Positions 36,205 to 46,303 of a stretch of DNA of 64,000 nucleotides are shown here, one piece after another. Each line of letters starts with the position of its first letter. Positions within the stretch are counted from its first letter, which is position 1. The DNA comes from Candidatus Deferrimicrobiaceae bacterium (GTDB taxonomy: Bacteria > Desulfobacterota > Deferrimicrobia > Deferrimicrobiales > Deferrimicrobiaceae), in the NCBI GenBank assembly GCA_963792415.1, contig CAWBVY010000006.1:256001-320000 (forward strand), written 5' to 3'. The notes under the pieces are model-generated. The model was not told where the DNA came from and did no database searches. It saw nothing but the letters and a program-made list of their open reading frames with translations. The position numbers and the translations under genes are program-made.

Positions 36205-38937
36205 TTACGCTCTCTTCTTCCCCTTGCGGGTACGTGGTCTTTTCGGGATCCTTTTCCCGGGACCCTTCGCCGCCTTCTCGGACAATAACTCCAAGGCGCT
36301 TTCGAGCGTGATCGATTCGAGCGGGACACCTTTCGGCACCGTGGCATTGATCCCACCGTCGGTTACGTAGGGTCCATAGCGGCCGTCGAATAATCGGATG
36401 GCTGCCCCGGCCGGATTCACCCCGAGTTCCTTGAGCGGAGCCGCCTTCGCAGCGCCGAACGAACGCTTCCGGCCACGCTTCGGTTGGCGGAGCAACTCGA
36501 CGGCTTCATCGATCGTAATCGTGAACACCTGCTCATCGGATTCCAGCGACCGGAAATCGTCCCCATGCTTCACGTAAGGGCCAAAGCGACCGAAATTCGA
36601 TTCGACCGGTGCGCCGTTGTCCGGATGGAGACCGATCTCCCGCGGCAGCGACAATAATTTCAACGCGGTCTCCAGCGTGATGCCGTCGATCGATTCCCCT
36701 TCCGGCAGAGAGGCCCTCCGAGGCTTTGCGGGCTTCGTCCCCTTCGGAAGTTTCGGACCCTTCTTCTCCTTCTTCTCCTTCTTCTCCTTCTTCCCCTTCT
36801 CCGGCGTCTCGCCGAGTTGAACGTAGGGCCCGAACCTTCCGTCCATGACGTACACCGTCATCCCCGTCTTCGGATCGACGCCGAGTATTCTCGGGCCGGC
36901 GCTCTTTGCCGTCAGCAGCGCGAGCGCCTCGTCCAACCCGAAGTCGGCCGGGGCGATCCCGACCGCCAGCGACGCGGTGTTCCCCTCCCCGCCGACTCCC
37001 CGCTGGACGTAGGGTCCATACCGGCCGACCTTTATGACAATGGGTTCCCCCGTACCCGGATCCTCGCCGAGCGGATACGACGGATAATCGCCCCTGCGCT
37101 CCCTTCCCCTCTCGACCATGTTTTTCAGCCCGGGCCAATCCGGTCCGTCCGGTCCATTCCCGAAATAAAACTCCCGGAGGAACCCAAGACGCTCCAGGTC
37201 ACCGTTGGAAATGAGGTCGAGTTTCTCCTCGATGCGCCCGGTGAAGTCCATCTCGACCAGCGTGCGGAAATGTTCCTTCAGGAACACCGTGACGACGAGA
37301 GCCGTAAACGTCGGGATCAGCGCCTTCCCCTGCCGCCATACGTATCCTCGTTCCAGGATGGTCTTGATGATCGACGCGTAGGTGGACGGACGCCCGATGC
37401 CATCATCCTCCAGTCGCTTGACGAGCGACGCGTCGGTGTACCGCGCCGGTGGGGTCGTCTCGTGCGATTTCGGCAAAAGGTCCAGCAGTGACAACGCCGT
37501 GCCGCCGCCCGGCAGGGATACGCGGTCTCCCTTTTTGCATGCCGGAAGCACCGACTCCCGGTCCCCCAGGTCGGCCGCCGGATCGTCGCTCCCTTCCACA
37601 TAGGCGCGGAGGAATCCCGGGAACCGGATGACCTTCCCGGAAGCGGTAAAGACACACGGGGCGCCGCCCGCTCCGGCCGCCGTGATTTCGACGGCCGTGC
37701 GCAGCAGCTTCGCGTCGGCCATCTGGGACGCCACCGTACGTTTCCAGATCAGTTCGTACACCCTGGCTTCGTCCGCATGAAAGCGGCTTCCGGCCTTGTC
37801 GGGAGTCAAAGAGAAGTCCGTCGGCCGAATCGCCTCGTGCGCTTCCTGCGCGTTCTTGACCTTCGTCTGGTACCGGCGCGCGCCGCCGTAATACGCGTCC
37901 CCATACATCCCCCGGATCGTGCGACCCGATTCCTGCAGCGCCTTGTCCGACAACGTCGTCGAGTCGGTCCGGTGATAGGAGATCACGCCGTTATCGAACA
38001 GTTTCTGCGCCGCCGACATCGTCCGGTCGGCGGAGAGCCCGAGTTTCCGGTTGGCTTCCTGCTGCAGCGTCGAGGTGGTGAACGGCGCGGCCGGGTGTTG
38101 CGTCACGGGCTTTTCCTCCACCCCCGTGACCTCCCAGGGGATCGAGCCTCGCAACGTCTCCGCCAGCGCCGCGGAACTCGCACCGTCGAGCACCGTCACG
38201 GCCCCGTTCCCGGGCTTCCCCGTGGCGGCATCGAAATCCTTCCCGACGGCGACGCGCTTCCCATCCACTCGAACGAGCGTCGCCGTGAACTCCCGGCCTT
38301 CCCCGCTCAACGTCGCCTCAAGGTTCCAGAAGCCGGCTTTCCGGAAGGCTTTGCGCTCCTCCTCCCGCTCGACGACCAATCGCACGGCGACGCTCTGCAC
38401 GCGACCCGCACTCAGTTTTGGCGCGATCCACTTCCAAAGAACCGGCGACACCTGGTAGCCGAAGAGACGATCCAGGATCCGTCGGCTCTCCTGCGCATCC
38501 ACCAGGTTGCGATCGAGCCCGCGGGAATGTTCGATCGCGCCGAGAACCGCTTCTTCCGTGATCTCATGGAAGACGATGCGGTGAACGGGCACCTTCGGCT
38601 TCAACAGTTCGAGGAGATGCCAGCTGATGGACTCACCCTCCCGGTCCGGATCGGTGGCAAGGAGAACCTCCGACGCGTCCTTCAGGGCTGCCTTCATGTC
38701 ACGGATGGTACCCCTGCGGTCCGACGAGATGACGTAATACGACCGGAAATCGTTATCGACGTCCACCGCCATCGAGCCCCATTCCTTGTCCTTGATCGCT
38801 GCCGGCACCTCACTGGCGTTATTCGGAAGGTCGCGGACGTGGCCGACGCTTGCCATGACGCGATACCGGTTTCCCAGGAAGCCGGAAAGGGTACGGGCCT
38901 TCGTGGGGGACTCGACGATGAGTAATGGTATGGGCAT
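36205..38937 (-). CDS. topA: DNA topoisomerase I (type IA) with C-terminal Topo_C-type repeats
   Basis: IVESPTKA, ATDPDREGE, SAGRVQS, catalytic ISYHRTDS, QEAHEAIRP, GIGRPSTY; four GR(Y/F)GPYV repeats. Confidence 0.96.
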   Translation of the reverse strand: MPIPLLIVESPTKARTLSGFLGNRYRVMASVGHVRDLPNNASEVPAAIKDKEWGSMAVDVDNDFRSYYVISSDRRGTIRDMKAALKDASEVLLATDPDREGESISWHLLELLKPKVPVHRIVFHEITEEAVLGAIEHSRGLDRNLVDAQESRRILDRLFGYQVSPVLWKWIAPKLSAGRVQSVAVRLVVEREEERKAFRKAGFWNLEATLSGEGREFTATLVRVDGKRVAVGKDFDAATGKPGNGAVTVLDGASSAALAETLRGSIPWEVTGVEEKPVTQHPAAPFTTSTLQQEANRKLGLSADRTMSAAQKLFDNGVISYHRTDSTTLSDKALQESGRTIRGMYGDAYYGGARRYQTKVKNAQEAHEAIRPTDFSLTPDKAGSRFHADEARVYELIWKRTVASQMADAKLLRTAVEITAAGAGGAPCVFTASGKVIRFPGFLRAYVEGSDDPAADLGDRESVLPACKKGDRVSLPGGGTALSLLDLLPKSHETTPPARYTDASLVKRLEDDGIGRPSTYASIIKTILERGYVWRQGKALIPTFTALVVTVFLKEHFRTLVEMDFTGRIEEKLDLISNGDLERLGFLREFYFGNGPDGPDWPGLKNMVERGRERRGDYPSYPLGEDPGTGEPIVIKVGRYGPYVQRGVGGEGNTASLAVGIAPADFGLDEALALLTAKSAGPRILGVDPKTGMTVYVMDGRFGPYVQLGETPEKGKKEKKEKKEKKGPKLPKGTKPAKPRRASLPEGESIDGITLETALKLLSLPREIGLHPDNGAPVESNFGRFGPYVKHGDDFRSLESDEQVFTITIDEAVELLRQPKRGRKRSFGAAKAAPLKELGVNPAGAAIRLFDGRYGPYVTDGGINATVPKGVPLESITLESALELLSEKAAKGPGKRIPKRPRTRKGKKRA

Positions 38938-39310
38938 ATTTCCTCGGTTTATCGAAGTTTGCTCGCCCGATCGCGAGCCCAGTCCATCATACCGCCTACC
39001 TTGTCTACCATATCCTGGCAATGAAATCGAAATTATCATGGGGAGAACGAAGGCTGGAAGACCGCTTTATCAGGTGACCGGTATTACTGAAAACGTAGAT
39101 TGGGATCGAGGGGGCCAGGACGCGATGAGATTCCAACGTCTCCTGTTGCCGCTGATTCCCTTCATGTTCTTCCTCCCCGGTGGCGGGCCTGTGCGAGGGG
39201 ATTGCAGTCCGTACGTCCTCCTGCGGCGAAAATCCCCTCGTCCGATCGGGACCCCAAAGGGGGGGGGCAGGTCGGACACAGTAGGGTCACAACTTTTCCA
39301 GTAATATAAA

Positions 39311-39343
39311 ACACCCACCGGGCATCAAAAACCCGGCGGGTGT
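39311..39343 (-). terminator. Probable intrinsic terminator of 39384-39815
   Basis: Minus strand ACACCCGCCGGG-loop-CCCGGTGGGTGT followed by TTTAT. Confidence 0.6.
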
Positions 39344-39383
39344 CCCCTCTGCGATCCGGTACGGAAAGCGGAAATCTGACTTG

Positions 39384-39815
39384 TTAATCGTTCCGGCTTT
39401 TCTTTTCGTCGATAGATTTTAACAATATCAATTGGTCATCAAGTGCTGCAAGTGCACGATCCAACGCTTGTTGAGTATTTTTACACCAAGTAATCTTATG
39501 TTCTATTGTTCTAACAATAACTTCGTCAAGCTTGGACATTTTCGACAATACATCCTCGGATTGATCCTTCAATAACGGCTGCAATGTGGAATAATATTGG
39601 CCATAACTTTTTGACAAAGAGGACTGTACCTGGCGCCCCGTATCATCCAGGTAATCATAAGAACGATCTCCTTCCGGGGTAAGACAAATAACTTCTTCAC
39701 CATCATGATATGGCCTGTGGGGGGGTTCAATCCTTGAGTGGTTTAGCATGAAATCCGTAAAAGTATCCTTTATCTCTTTCGCCATGAGGTCAAGGGTATT
39801 CAATTTGGTTCCCAT
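39384..39815 (-). CDS. Hypothetical protein (AT-rich gene)
   Basis: 143-aa ORF in low-GC DNA with RBS GGAGGGG. Confidence 0.7.
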   Translation of the reverse strand: MGTKLNTLDLMAKEIKDTFTDFMLNHSRIEPPHRPYHDGEEVICLTPEGDRSYDYLDDTGRQVQSSLSKSYGQYYSTLQPLLKDQSEDVLSKMSKLDEVIVRTIEHKITWCKNTQQALDRALAALDDQLILLKSIDEKKSRND

Positions 39816-40238
39816 CGTGTGCCCCTCCGGAGCTTGGAATTTCCATGCGGAACGCCGCTGAGGTGGTCAAAGACTGCCAATATACTGTAAAGGAAATCCC
39901 GCGTCAACCGCGACCGACAGAAACCCTCGTTCCACTCCGAAAAAGGGTAGATGTTTGAAAGAGGTTTGCGTCCGTGCGCCCTCTGTTTACCGTCCTGCCT
40001 TCCGGGAGTTTCGACAATCCGGCAGCCGCTCATCAGGGACTGGCGCCATCATGCCCACGTCGATCCCCCCCTGGTCGCATTCCTGGACTTTTCCCCACGG
40101 CCCTTCTCCCCCCTCATCGGGAAAAATTATGCACATAAAGGGAAACTTTATTCCCTGAACAAGGAAGGGATCACGAATGGTACGACGTATATGCCAATAA
40201 TATTAAATAGTTAATATATTTCTCTCCTTGTCCTCTTT

Positions 40239-40254
40239 GGGTATCCAATTTGCA
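40239..40254 (+). promoter_or_regulatory. sigma54-like promoter upstream of the multiheme cytochrome
   Basis: GGGTATCCAATTTGCA (GG-N10-GC); IHF-like TATTAAatagTTA at 40201-40213. Confidence 0.5.
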
Positions 40255-40438
40255 GTTTCTTTGGAGCCGGCGAAGGCCACTTCTCTTTAAGAAGAGATTT
40301 TCCGGGGTTCGCCGTACCGGGGGGATTCCACAGTCACCCACAGGATCGACGGGCGCCTGGACCCGGGTTCCTGCTACCGGGACCAAGGGAAGATCGACGT
40401 GAAGTGCAGGCAATGCCCCGGGCAGGACGGGAGGAGAC

Positions 40439-42265
40439 ATGATGTTCCCCACGCATTCTTTCCGGGACCTCCGGCATTCCACGCTGTCGATGATCCTCCT
40501 GGTCGCCTTCGTAGGGATTACCGGATGCGCGAACGACAATTCCTCCGGCGGCACGAGCAGCCCGCCGGATTGGGTGGTGCTTCCTTCCGGCGGCCAGCAC
40601 GCGAAATCCGCCACGCGCGACTACATCGCCAACAGCGAAAGCATCCCCTGCACGGAATGCCACGGTGCGGACCTCTCCGGCGGGACCTCACAGGTTTCCT
40701 GCTTCGGAAATCCCGCGGGTTGCCATCACGGTCCGGTATCCGGCTGGATCGCCACCTCTCCCGCGACTCAGAACCACGGCGTCTCCGCGAAACAGGCCCC
40801 CGGAAGCTCCGGCTTCGTCTCCTGCCAGATCTGCCACGGGAGATTCTTCTCCGGCGGCGAATCGACGGAGTCGTGCTTCCCCTGCCACGGGGTGAACGCG
40901 CCGCATCCGGCGCGGCCCTGGCACGGTCCCACGTACACCCACACAACTACCAACACGGAAAACGCGCAGGTCTGCGCGCAGTGCCACTTCCCGGGGTCCC
41001 CGAACAACCCGGCGAACCATCCGGCCATGCCCGCCGCGGCGGGAACGCCGCCCGGGTGCTTCAATAGCACGCTGTGCCACGGCGACACGGGTGCACCCCA
41101 CGCCGTTGGAACCACCTGGCGCGATCCCAACCCGCAGTTCCACGGGTTGACCGCGAAGCAGGATCTATCGTTCTGCCAGGGGTGCCACGGTACGCCCGGG
41201 ACGACCCTGTTCAACGGAGGGACCGCGCCAACCTCCTGCCAGTCCTCCACCTGTCACGCGCGCGCCAGGGCGCACCCGATCCCCTGGTACCAGACGTCCC
41301 AGCCGTACCCCTCCTACGTAGCTTCCCACCGGGATTCCGGGAACCGAAGCGTGGCGTGCGCCATCTGCCACAAGGTGGACGGACCCGGCACAGGGCCGGA
41401 CCCCACCGCACCGAGCTGCTTCTCCGTCTCTTTCGGCGGGATCCTCTGCCACTCCGGCGGTGCCGGCGGAGTGAATCACTCCGTACCGTTCCCGGGAGCG
41501 ACCCACACCTCGGCGGACCCGACGAGCTTCGATGCGGACTGCTCCGGGTGCCACGCGATCACGGGCGTCTCGCCGAGTTCCGTAGCGCCCCTCTGCACGG
41601 TGTGCCACCAAACCGGCTCGCCGCTGACATCGCTCAACTGCACCTCCTGCCATGGGGATCCGCCGTCCGGCGCGACCTATCCGAACGTGGCCGGCAAACA
41701 CGCCGTCCACGGTGCGCTCCCCGGGGCGGGGGTGTGCAACCCCTGTCACAACGGCCTGGACACCGGCACCCTGGAGCATTACAACCGTGCCAACGCGCGT
41801 CCGGGGAAGGATGCTTTGCGGGTGCCCCCGGGCGATATCGTCTTCCTGGCGGCGTACAACGCCAAAGCGGGCCCCGCCGCATTCGACAACGCGACCCTCA
41901 CCTGCGCCAACGTGAGCTGCCACGGCGGGCAGGCGACGCCCGACTGGCGGACGGCAACGGCCAACGCGATCGATGTCCCCAACGCGTGCCTGAACTGCCA
42001 CGTCTCCGGCACGACCCAGTACAACAGCTACTTCTCCGGAGAGCACGACAGGCACATCACCGAATTCGGGCTCAGCGCGACGACGTGCAAACTGTGCCAC
42101 GACGCGTCGAAGGTGAACGTGTCCGGCCACTTCCAGAACCTGGCCACGCCCGCTTTCGAGCAACCGGCCCGGGCGACGATCCTCCCCGCCGTCAAGTACA
42201 ACGGCAACACCTGCGATCCCAATTCGGGAGGACTCACGGGATGTCACAAGAAAGAGAGCTGGTGA
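40439..42265 (+). CDS. Multiheme c-type cytochrome lipoprotein (CxxCH and CxxxxCH type)
   Basis: Lipobox ITGC; 12 CxxCH plus 6 longer CxnCH motifs; TCANVSCHGG Geobacter-type motif. Confidence 0.92.
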   Translation: MMFPTHSFRDLRHSTLSMILLVAFVGITGCANDNSSGGTSSPPDWVVLPSGGQHAKSATRDYIANSESIPCTECHGADLSGGTSQVSCFGNPAGCHHGPVSGWIATSPATQNHGVSAKQAPGSSGFVSCQICHGRFFSGGESTESCFPCHGVNAPHPARPWHGPTYTHTTTNTENAQVCAQCHFPGSPNNPANHPAMPAAAGTPPGCFNSTLCHGDTGAPHAVGTTWRDPNPQFHGLTAKQDLSFCQGCHGTPGTTLFNGGTAPTSCQSSTCHARARAHPIPWYQTSQPYPSYVASHRDSGNRSVACAICHKVDGPGTGPDPTAPSCFSVSFGGILCHSGGAGGVNHSVPFPGATHTSADPTSFDADCSGCHAITGVSPSSVAPLCTVCHQTGSPLTSLNCTSCHGDPPSGATYPNVAGKHAVHGALPGAGVCNPCHNGLDTGTLEHYNRANARPGKDALRVPPGDIVFLAAYNAKAGPAAFDNATLTCANVSCHGGQATPDWRTATANAIDVPNACLNCHVSGTTQYNSYFSGEHDRHITEFGLSATTCKLCHDASKVNVSGHFQNLATPAFEQPARATILPAVKYNGNTCDPNSGGLTGCHKKESW

Positions 42266-42297
42266 CGACCACATGACGTTTCAAATGGGGGATTAAC

Positions 42298-42651
42298 ATG
42301 CGCGGACCCCGTCTCCGGTCTACGATCCGATCCGTCGTCGCGATCCTTTGCGCCGCCTGCTTCCTCACCGTGAGCCTTGGATCCGTTTCCCGCGCGATCG
42401 CGGCCGACCCTTGGGAAACGTGGCCGAAAAAGACGACCGTCCCCGGCGTGGCGCCGAATCCGGAAACGGACGCGAACAGTGCGGCCAAGTCAGCGGAAGC
42501 GACGGAGAAGGAACCGGCGAAGGGAAGCTCCTCCGGAAGGAACTGGTGGATCGCCGCCGGGGCCGCCGTGGTCATCGGGATCGGGATCGCGATCGCCTCC
42601 GGCGGAGGCGGAGGCGGAGACAGCGGGTCGACGAACCCGGGCCACCAATGA
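42298..42651 (+). CDS. Small exported protein with a C-terminal TM and Gly-rich tail
   Basis: Signal peptide; WWIAAGAAVVIGIGIAIASGGGGGG. Confidence 0.75.
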   Translation: MRGPRLRSTIRSVVAILCAACFLTVSLGSVSRAIAADPWETWPKKTTVPGVAPNPETDANSAAKSAEATEKEPAKGSSSGRNWWIAAGAAVVIGIGIAIASGGGGGGDSGSTNPGHQ

Positions 42652-42741
42652 GCGGAGGCAGCTCGCCCATCCGTTGAACCGCAGATCGTTTCCGCTTTCG
42701 TGAGGTAGAGGAATCCCATCCGATGCCCGATGGCCTCCCGA

Positions 42742-43560
42742 TCACCTCGAATGCGACGTAAGCACCACCTTCCTGGCGATTTTATCGACAACTCCCGGAG
42801 CCAGCAGCCTGATCCACGGCACGAGTCTCCCGCGCGTTGAAAGCGTGACCTCGCTCCGCCGGGCCGCCGCAGCCTCGACGATGCGCCGCGCGCACTCCTG
42901 CGCAGTCATTGTTCCTTTGCCGTACCTTCTCGCGTCCTGGCCCCGAGGGCGTCCGCCGCCATCGCGCACGTTCGCGGAGAAGCGGGTGGTGACGAAATCG
43001 GGATAGATGGTAGTCACCGAAACGCCGGAGTCCTCCAGTTCCATGCGAATCGCATCGAAGAACCCTGCCATCGCATACTTGCTGGCAATGTAGCTGCTGT
43101 AGTACGGAAAGGGGACCTTCGCCGCAACGCTGCTGACCGCGACGATCCTGCCTCTGGCCTGCGTAAGGTGCGGCAGGGCGTAATAGGTGCAGTAGACACT
43201 CCCCAGGAAATTGGTGTTCAGGACCTCGACGAAAAGAGCGAGCGAGGGAAGGTTGGCGAACCGGGCTCCGACGGCAAAGCCCGCGTTGTTGACGAGGGCG
43301 TCGATGCGACCATACGTCGTCAAAGCAGAGGCAACCAGAGCCTTGCATTGCCCCTCGTCGCTGACGTCCATCGGAACGGATACGGCCTTCGCCCCGAGTC
43401 GCCTGCACTCGGCAGCGACCGTTTCAAGGCGTTCGGCACTCCGTGCGGCCAGCGCGAGGAAGGCCCCCTCTCTGGCGAGATGGCAGGCCAACGCTTCCCC
43501 GATCCCGCTGGATGCCCCGGTGATGATCACAACCTGATCCCTGAAGCCCTCCGTACCCAA
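42742..43560 (-). CDS. SDR family oxidoreductase
   Basis: TGASSGIG, NNAG, YIASK; TTG start. Confidence 0.9.
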   Translation of the reverse strand: MGTEGFRDQVVIITGASSGIGEALACHLAREGAFLALAARSAERLETVAAECRRLGAKAVSVPMDVSDEGQCKALVASALTTYGRIDALVNNAGFAVGARFANLPSLALFVEVLNTNFLGSVYCTYYALPHLTQARGRIVAVSSVAAKVPFPYYSSYIASKYAMAGFFDAIRMELEDSGVSVTTIYPDFVTTRFSANVRDGGGRPRGQDARRYGKGTMTAQECARRIVEAAAARRSEVTLSTRGRLVPWIRLLAPGVVDKIARKVVLTSHSR

Positions 43561-43787
43561 TGGCAGGCTCCTCTGCGGCCGAATTCACTCTTCCCTCCGT
43601 CGCGACACTATAAATCTGCGGAAACACCTGAGCAACCCAATCCCGGCCCCCGATCGTATTCCATTGGGAAATCCTCGAGCATGATGGGTTTGCGGGGGAA
43701 GGCATGAATGGGGCAGTGCAAGTGGATGCATTGGCGTTTGCCGGGAAGGTTTCCCCTGGGCCTGGAGGATGCTCCCGGCAGGGACGG

Positions 43788-43880
43788 TTATTTCGATAAC
43801 AGCCCCGCGTTTTGACAAGAATGGACCACCAACAGAACCGCCGCAAGCGTTACGATAATTACCATCAAACCGAATCTCAT
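43788..43880 (-). CDS. Possible 30-aa peptide or small lipoprotein MRFGLMVIIVTLAAVLLVVHSCQNAGLLSK
   Basis: RBS AAGGGGGAGGG, hydrophobic core ending near Cys; follows the DUF2182 gene. Confidence 0.45.
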   Translation of the reverse strand: MRFGLMVIIVTLAAVLLVVHSCQNAGLLSK

Positions 43881-43915
43881 CCCTCCCCCCTTCCTGGATG
43901 TTTCTGTCCGGATCG

Positions 43916-44698
43916 TCAAAGGAATGTTCTCGTAACCATCCATAAGCCAACTACGATAATGGACATGCCGATGGCGCGACTTACCCAGTGCCCGGCGGGA
44001 ACGATTTTTTCGACCAGGACGTACACCGCGATCGTCGCCACCCAGAGAAGATTCATCACCCCCGCCACGAACAATAGCGTCATCAGAAGCCAGCAGCAGC
44101 CCACGCAATAGATGCCGTGATGAACTCCCATGAAGAAAGCACCCCTGTTGCCTTCCCGCCATTCGGTCAAGAAAAACCCGATCGGAGAGCGGCAATGCGT
44201 CAGACATGCACGTTTAAGGGGTGTGTACTGGAAAACCCCGGCCCCGATCAGCAGCACCCCCCCCAGAAGAGGGTTGTTGCTCACCATCATGGGGGAAAGA
44301 AGGGCGGCGCGATGAAGTCCCCACTGCGCGAACGTAGCGACGGCACTGAAAATCGTCCAGACCACGAGATAACCGGCAAGAAATACCCCTGTCGCCACGA
44401 TGGGGTTTTGTCGTTCGTGACGCCCGCGGGTTAATCTGGAAAACGTGAGGATCATGGGCGTAGCGGAGGGCGTCATCATCGCCACCATCATCACCGCCCA
44501 CATGAGGAACATCAGGACGAAATCCCCTATTCCCCATCCCTCCATCCGGGGCATGCTCATCCCCATCCCCATCGATCTTCCCATGACCCGGTCGAGGTAA
44601 AACATATACGCCCAGGCGATCGCGACGATGCCCGCAATGCCAAGGATGACGAAGGCCCGGTCCCGCTTCAGTACCGCTTCGGCGTTTCCCGATGCCAC
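43916..44698 (-). CDS. DUF2182 predicted metal-binding integral membrane protein
   Basis: MWAVMMVAMMTPS, QYTPLKRACLTHCRSP, CVGCCWLLM, EK. Confidence 0.9.
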   Translation of the reverse strand: MASGNAEAVLKRDRAFVILGIAGIVAIAWAYMFYLDRVMGRSMGMGMSMPRMEGWGIGDFVLMFLMWAVMMVAMMTPSATPMILTFSRLTRGRHERQNPIVATGVFLAGYLVVWTIFSAVATFAQWGLHRAALLSPMMVSNNPLLGGVLLIGAGVFQYTPLKRACLTHCRSPIGFFLTEWREGNRGAFFMGVHHGIYCVGCCWLLMTLLFVAGVMNLLWVATIAVYVLVEKIVPAGHWVSRAIGMSIIVVGLWMVTRTFL

Positions 44699-44701
44699 CC
44701 C

Positions 44702-45307
44702 TTAACTCCCCTGGTAGGAAAAGGGCGAAAAATACCCGTTTTTCCCCGAGATCTCCCAATGAAGACCATGGTCCTGATACTTCAGCCTTCCAGACTTTGC
44801 CACCACCGCTTTGTAGCCTGGCGCGATGCAAAGGGGATGACCATCGATGGTGACGTCGGCTCCGCCTTGACCTTCGATTGCCTCGATATCCGCTTCCGCC
44901 ACATCGGAAATCTTCAGGCTGCGTCGTTTCCCATCCGCCGTGAATTCGATCGGGACCTGCTTTATTCCCAGCACGTCGCCGACGTGGGAAACCAGCATCC
45001 CGGGATGTCCCCCCGCCTGACCGGTGAAGATCTGAGTCAATGCATCTTTCTGTTTCTCGGACGCTTTCTGATCGAAATACAGGGCTGCTCGCCATTTCAC
45101 TTCGGCCATATGCCCGGGAGAGTGCAATGCGAGGGCGACATTCAGGTTTCCCAGGTCGACACTCCCATAGGTCCCCTTGTCGATATGCCAGCCGACAAGG
45201 GCTGTGCATTCGCCATCGGTAGGGGCGCTCAAGAAAACACAGGGACAACCCACATCGCAGTTGCATGCCTCACAATAGGTCCCGTTCAAATTCCACTTTT
45301 CCGCCAT
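44702..45307 (-). CDS. DUF1326 Cys-rich protein
   Basis: EACNCDVGCPC, WHIDKG, IFTGQAGG. Confidence 0.88.
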   Translation of the reverse strand: MAEKWNLNGTYCEACNCDVGCPCVFLSAPTDGECTALVGWHIDKGTYGSVDLGNLNVALALHSPGHMAEVKWRAALYFDQKASEKQKDALTQIFTGQAGGHPGMLVSHVGDVLGIKQVPIEFTADGKRRSLKISDVAEADIEAIEGQGGADVTIDGHPLCIAPGYKAVVAKSGRLKYQDHGLHWEISGKNGYFSPFSYQGS

Positions 45308-45639
45308 GACCCGGCTCCTTTCCATATGGGGTTCCATCGGTGATGCGGTGTTGAAAACCAAATCCCTACTATTTTGACTGGGTTTTATGAGGATGGTTTC
45401 CTCGAATGAGAAATCCCCGTGATCCGCTCCCGTAAGACCTCTCCAGTCCAACGGCACAAGGTATTCCGGTATTGCCCCATTACGGAAAATGCGTCCGGAA
45501 TCGGAGCAAAGTAGGGAGCCGGAAAGCAGCGGGGAACGCGGAAATCGTGACCCGGCCTCATATTTGACACTCCACGATATTCCCTGTATTTTTTCCCTGT
45601 TATCGTAGGCTTCATAACATTCCAGCGGGAGGTGTTCCG

Positions 45640-45870
45640 GTGAGTGGATCGCGGGTGGCAGCGGCAATCGTCATGTTGGCTCTGGTCGCATCCCTGGCAG
45701 GGTGTTGCGGAGGGAGCAAGACCGTGGAAAACACTCCCGTACAGGTTCAGACCAAAACGGCGGGAGAACAGTTGACGGACCTGCAGAAGGCGTACGAGAG
45801 CGGGGCCATCGACGAGAAGCAGTACAACAAGATGAAGAAGGACATCATCGATAAGTCCGGCGGGAAATAA
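45640..45870 (+). CDS. SHOCT-domain lipoprotein
   Basis: Lipobox LAGC; GEQLTDLQKAYESGAIDEKQYNKMKKDII. Confidence 0.85.
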   Translation: MSGSRVAAAIVMLALVASLAGCCGGSKTVENTPVQVQTKTAGEQLTDLQKAYESGAIDEKQYNKMKKDIIDKSGGK

Positions 45871-45874
45871 CCGC

Positions 45875-46303
45875 TTGATGCGACGGGGGCCTCGAGGAGG
45901 GGCATATGTTGCCGGTGTCGCGCTCGCCGGCTGCATGCTCCTCCTCCCTCGTCCGGCCCTCTGCGCGAATGCCGCGATGAAAGGGCCGCCCGCCGTTCCC
46001 CCGCACGTCTTCGTCGGCGACCGGGCGCCCGAGACGTCTTCCGTACGGCTGGCCTTCCTCGGGACGATCGAGCTGTTCCAGAAAAGGATATCCCCCATCG
46101 AGGGACCACGGTGCGGTTTCTCCCCTTCCTGCTCCGCCTTCGGCCACCAGGCGATCCGGGAGCAGGGCCCGGTCCTCGGGGTGATGATGACCGCGGACCG
46201 ACTGATGCGGGACACCATTTTGACCGTGCCCGGTCCGGGCTATACCGTTCTCCCGAACGGTTATTATCTCGATCCCGTGTCGAGGAATCTCCTTCACGAA
46301 TGA
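45875..46303 (+). CDS. YidD-like (membrane protein insertion efficiency factor/haemolytic domain) protein with a signal-like N-terminus
   Basis: ISPIEGPRCGFSPSCSAF...AIRE.G...ADRLMR...DPV. Confidence 0.8.
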   Translation: MMRRGPRGGAYVAGVALAGCMLLLPRPALCANAAMKGPPAVPPHVFVGDRAPETSSVRLAFLGTIELFQKRISPIEGPRCGFSPSCSAFGHQAIREQGPVLGVMMTADRLMRDTILTVPGPGYTVLPNGYYLDPVSRNLLHE

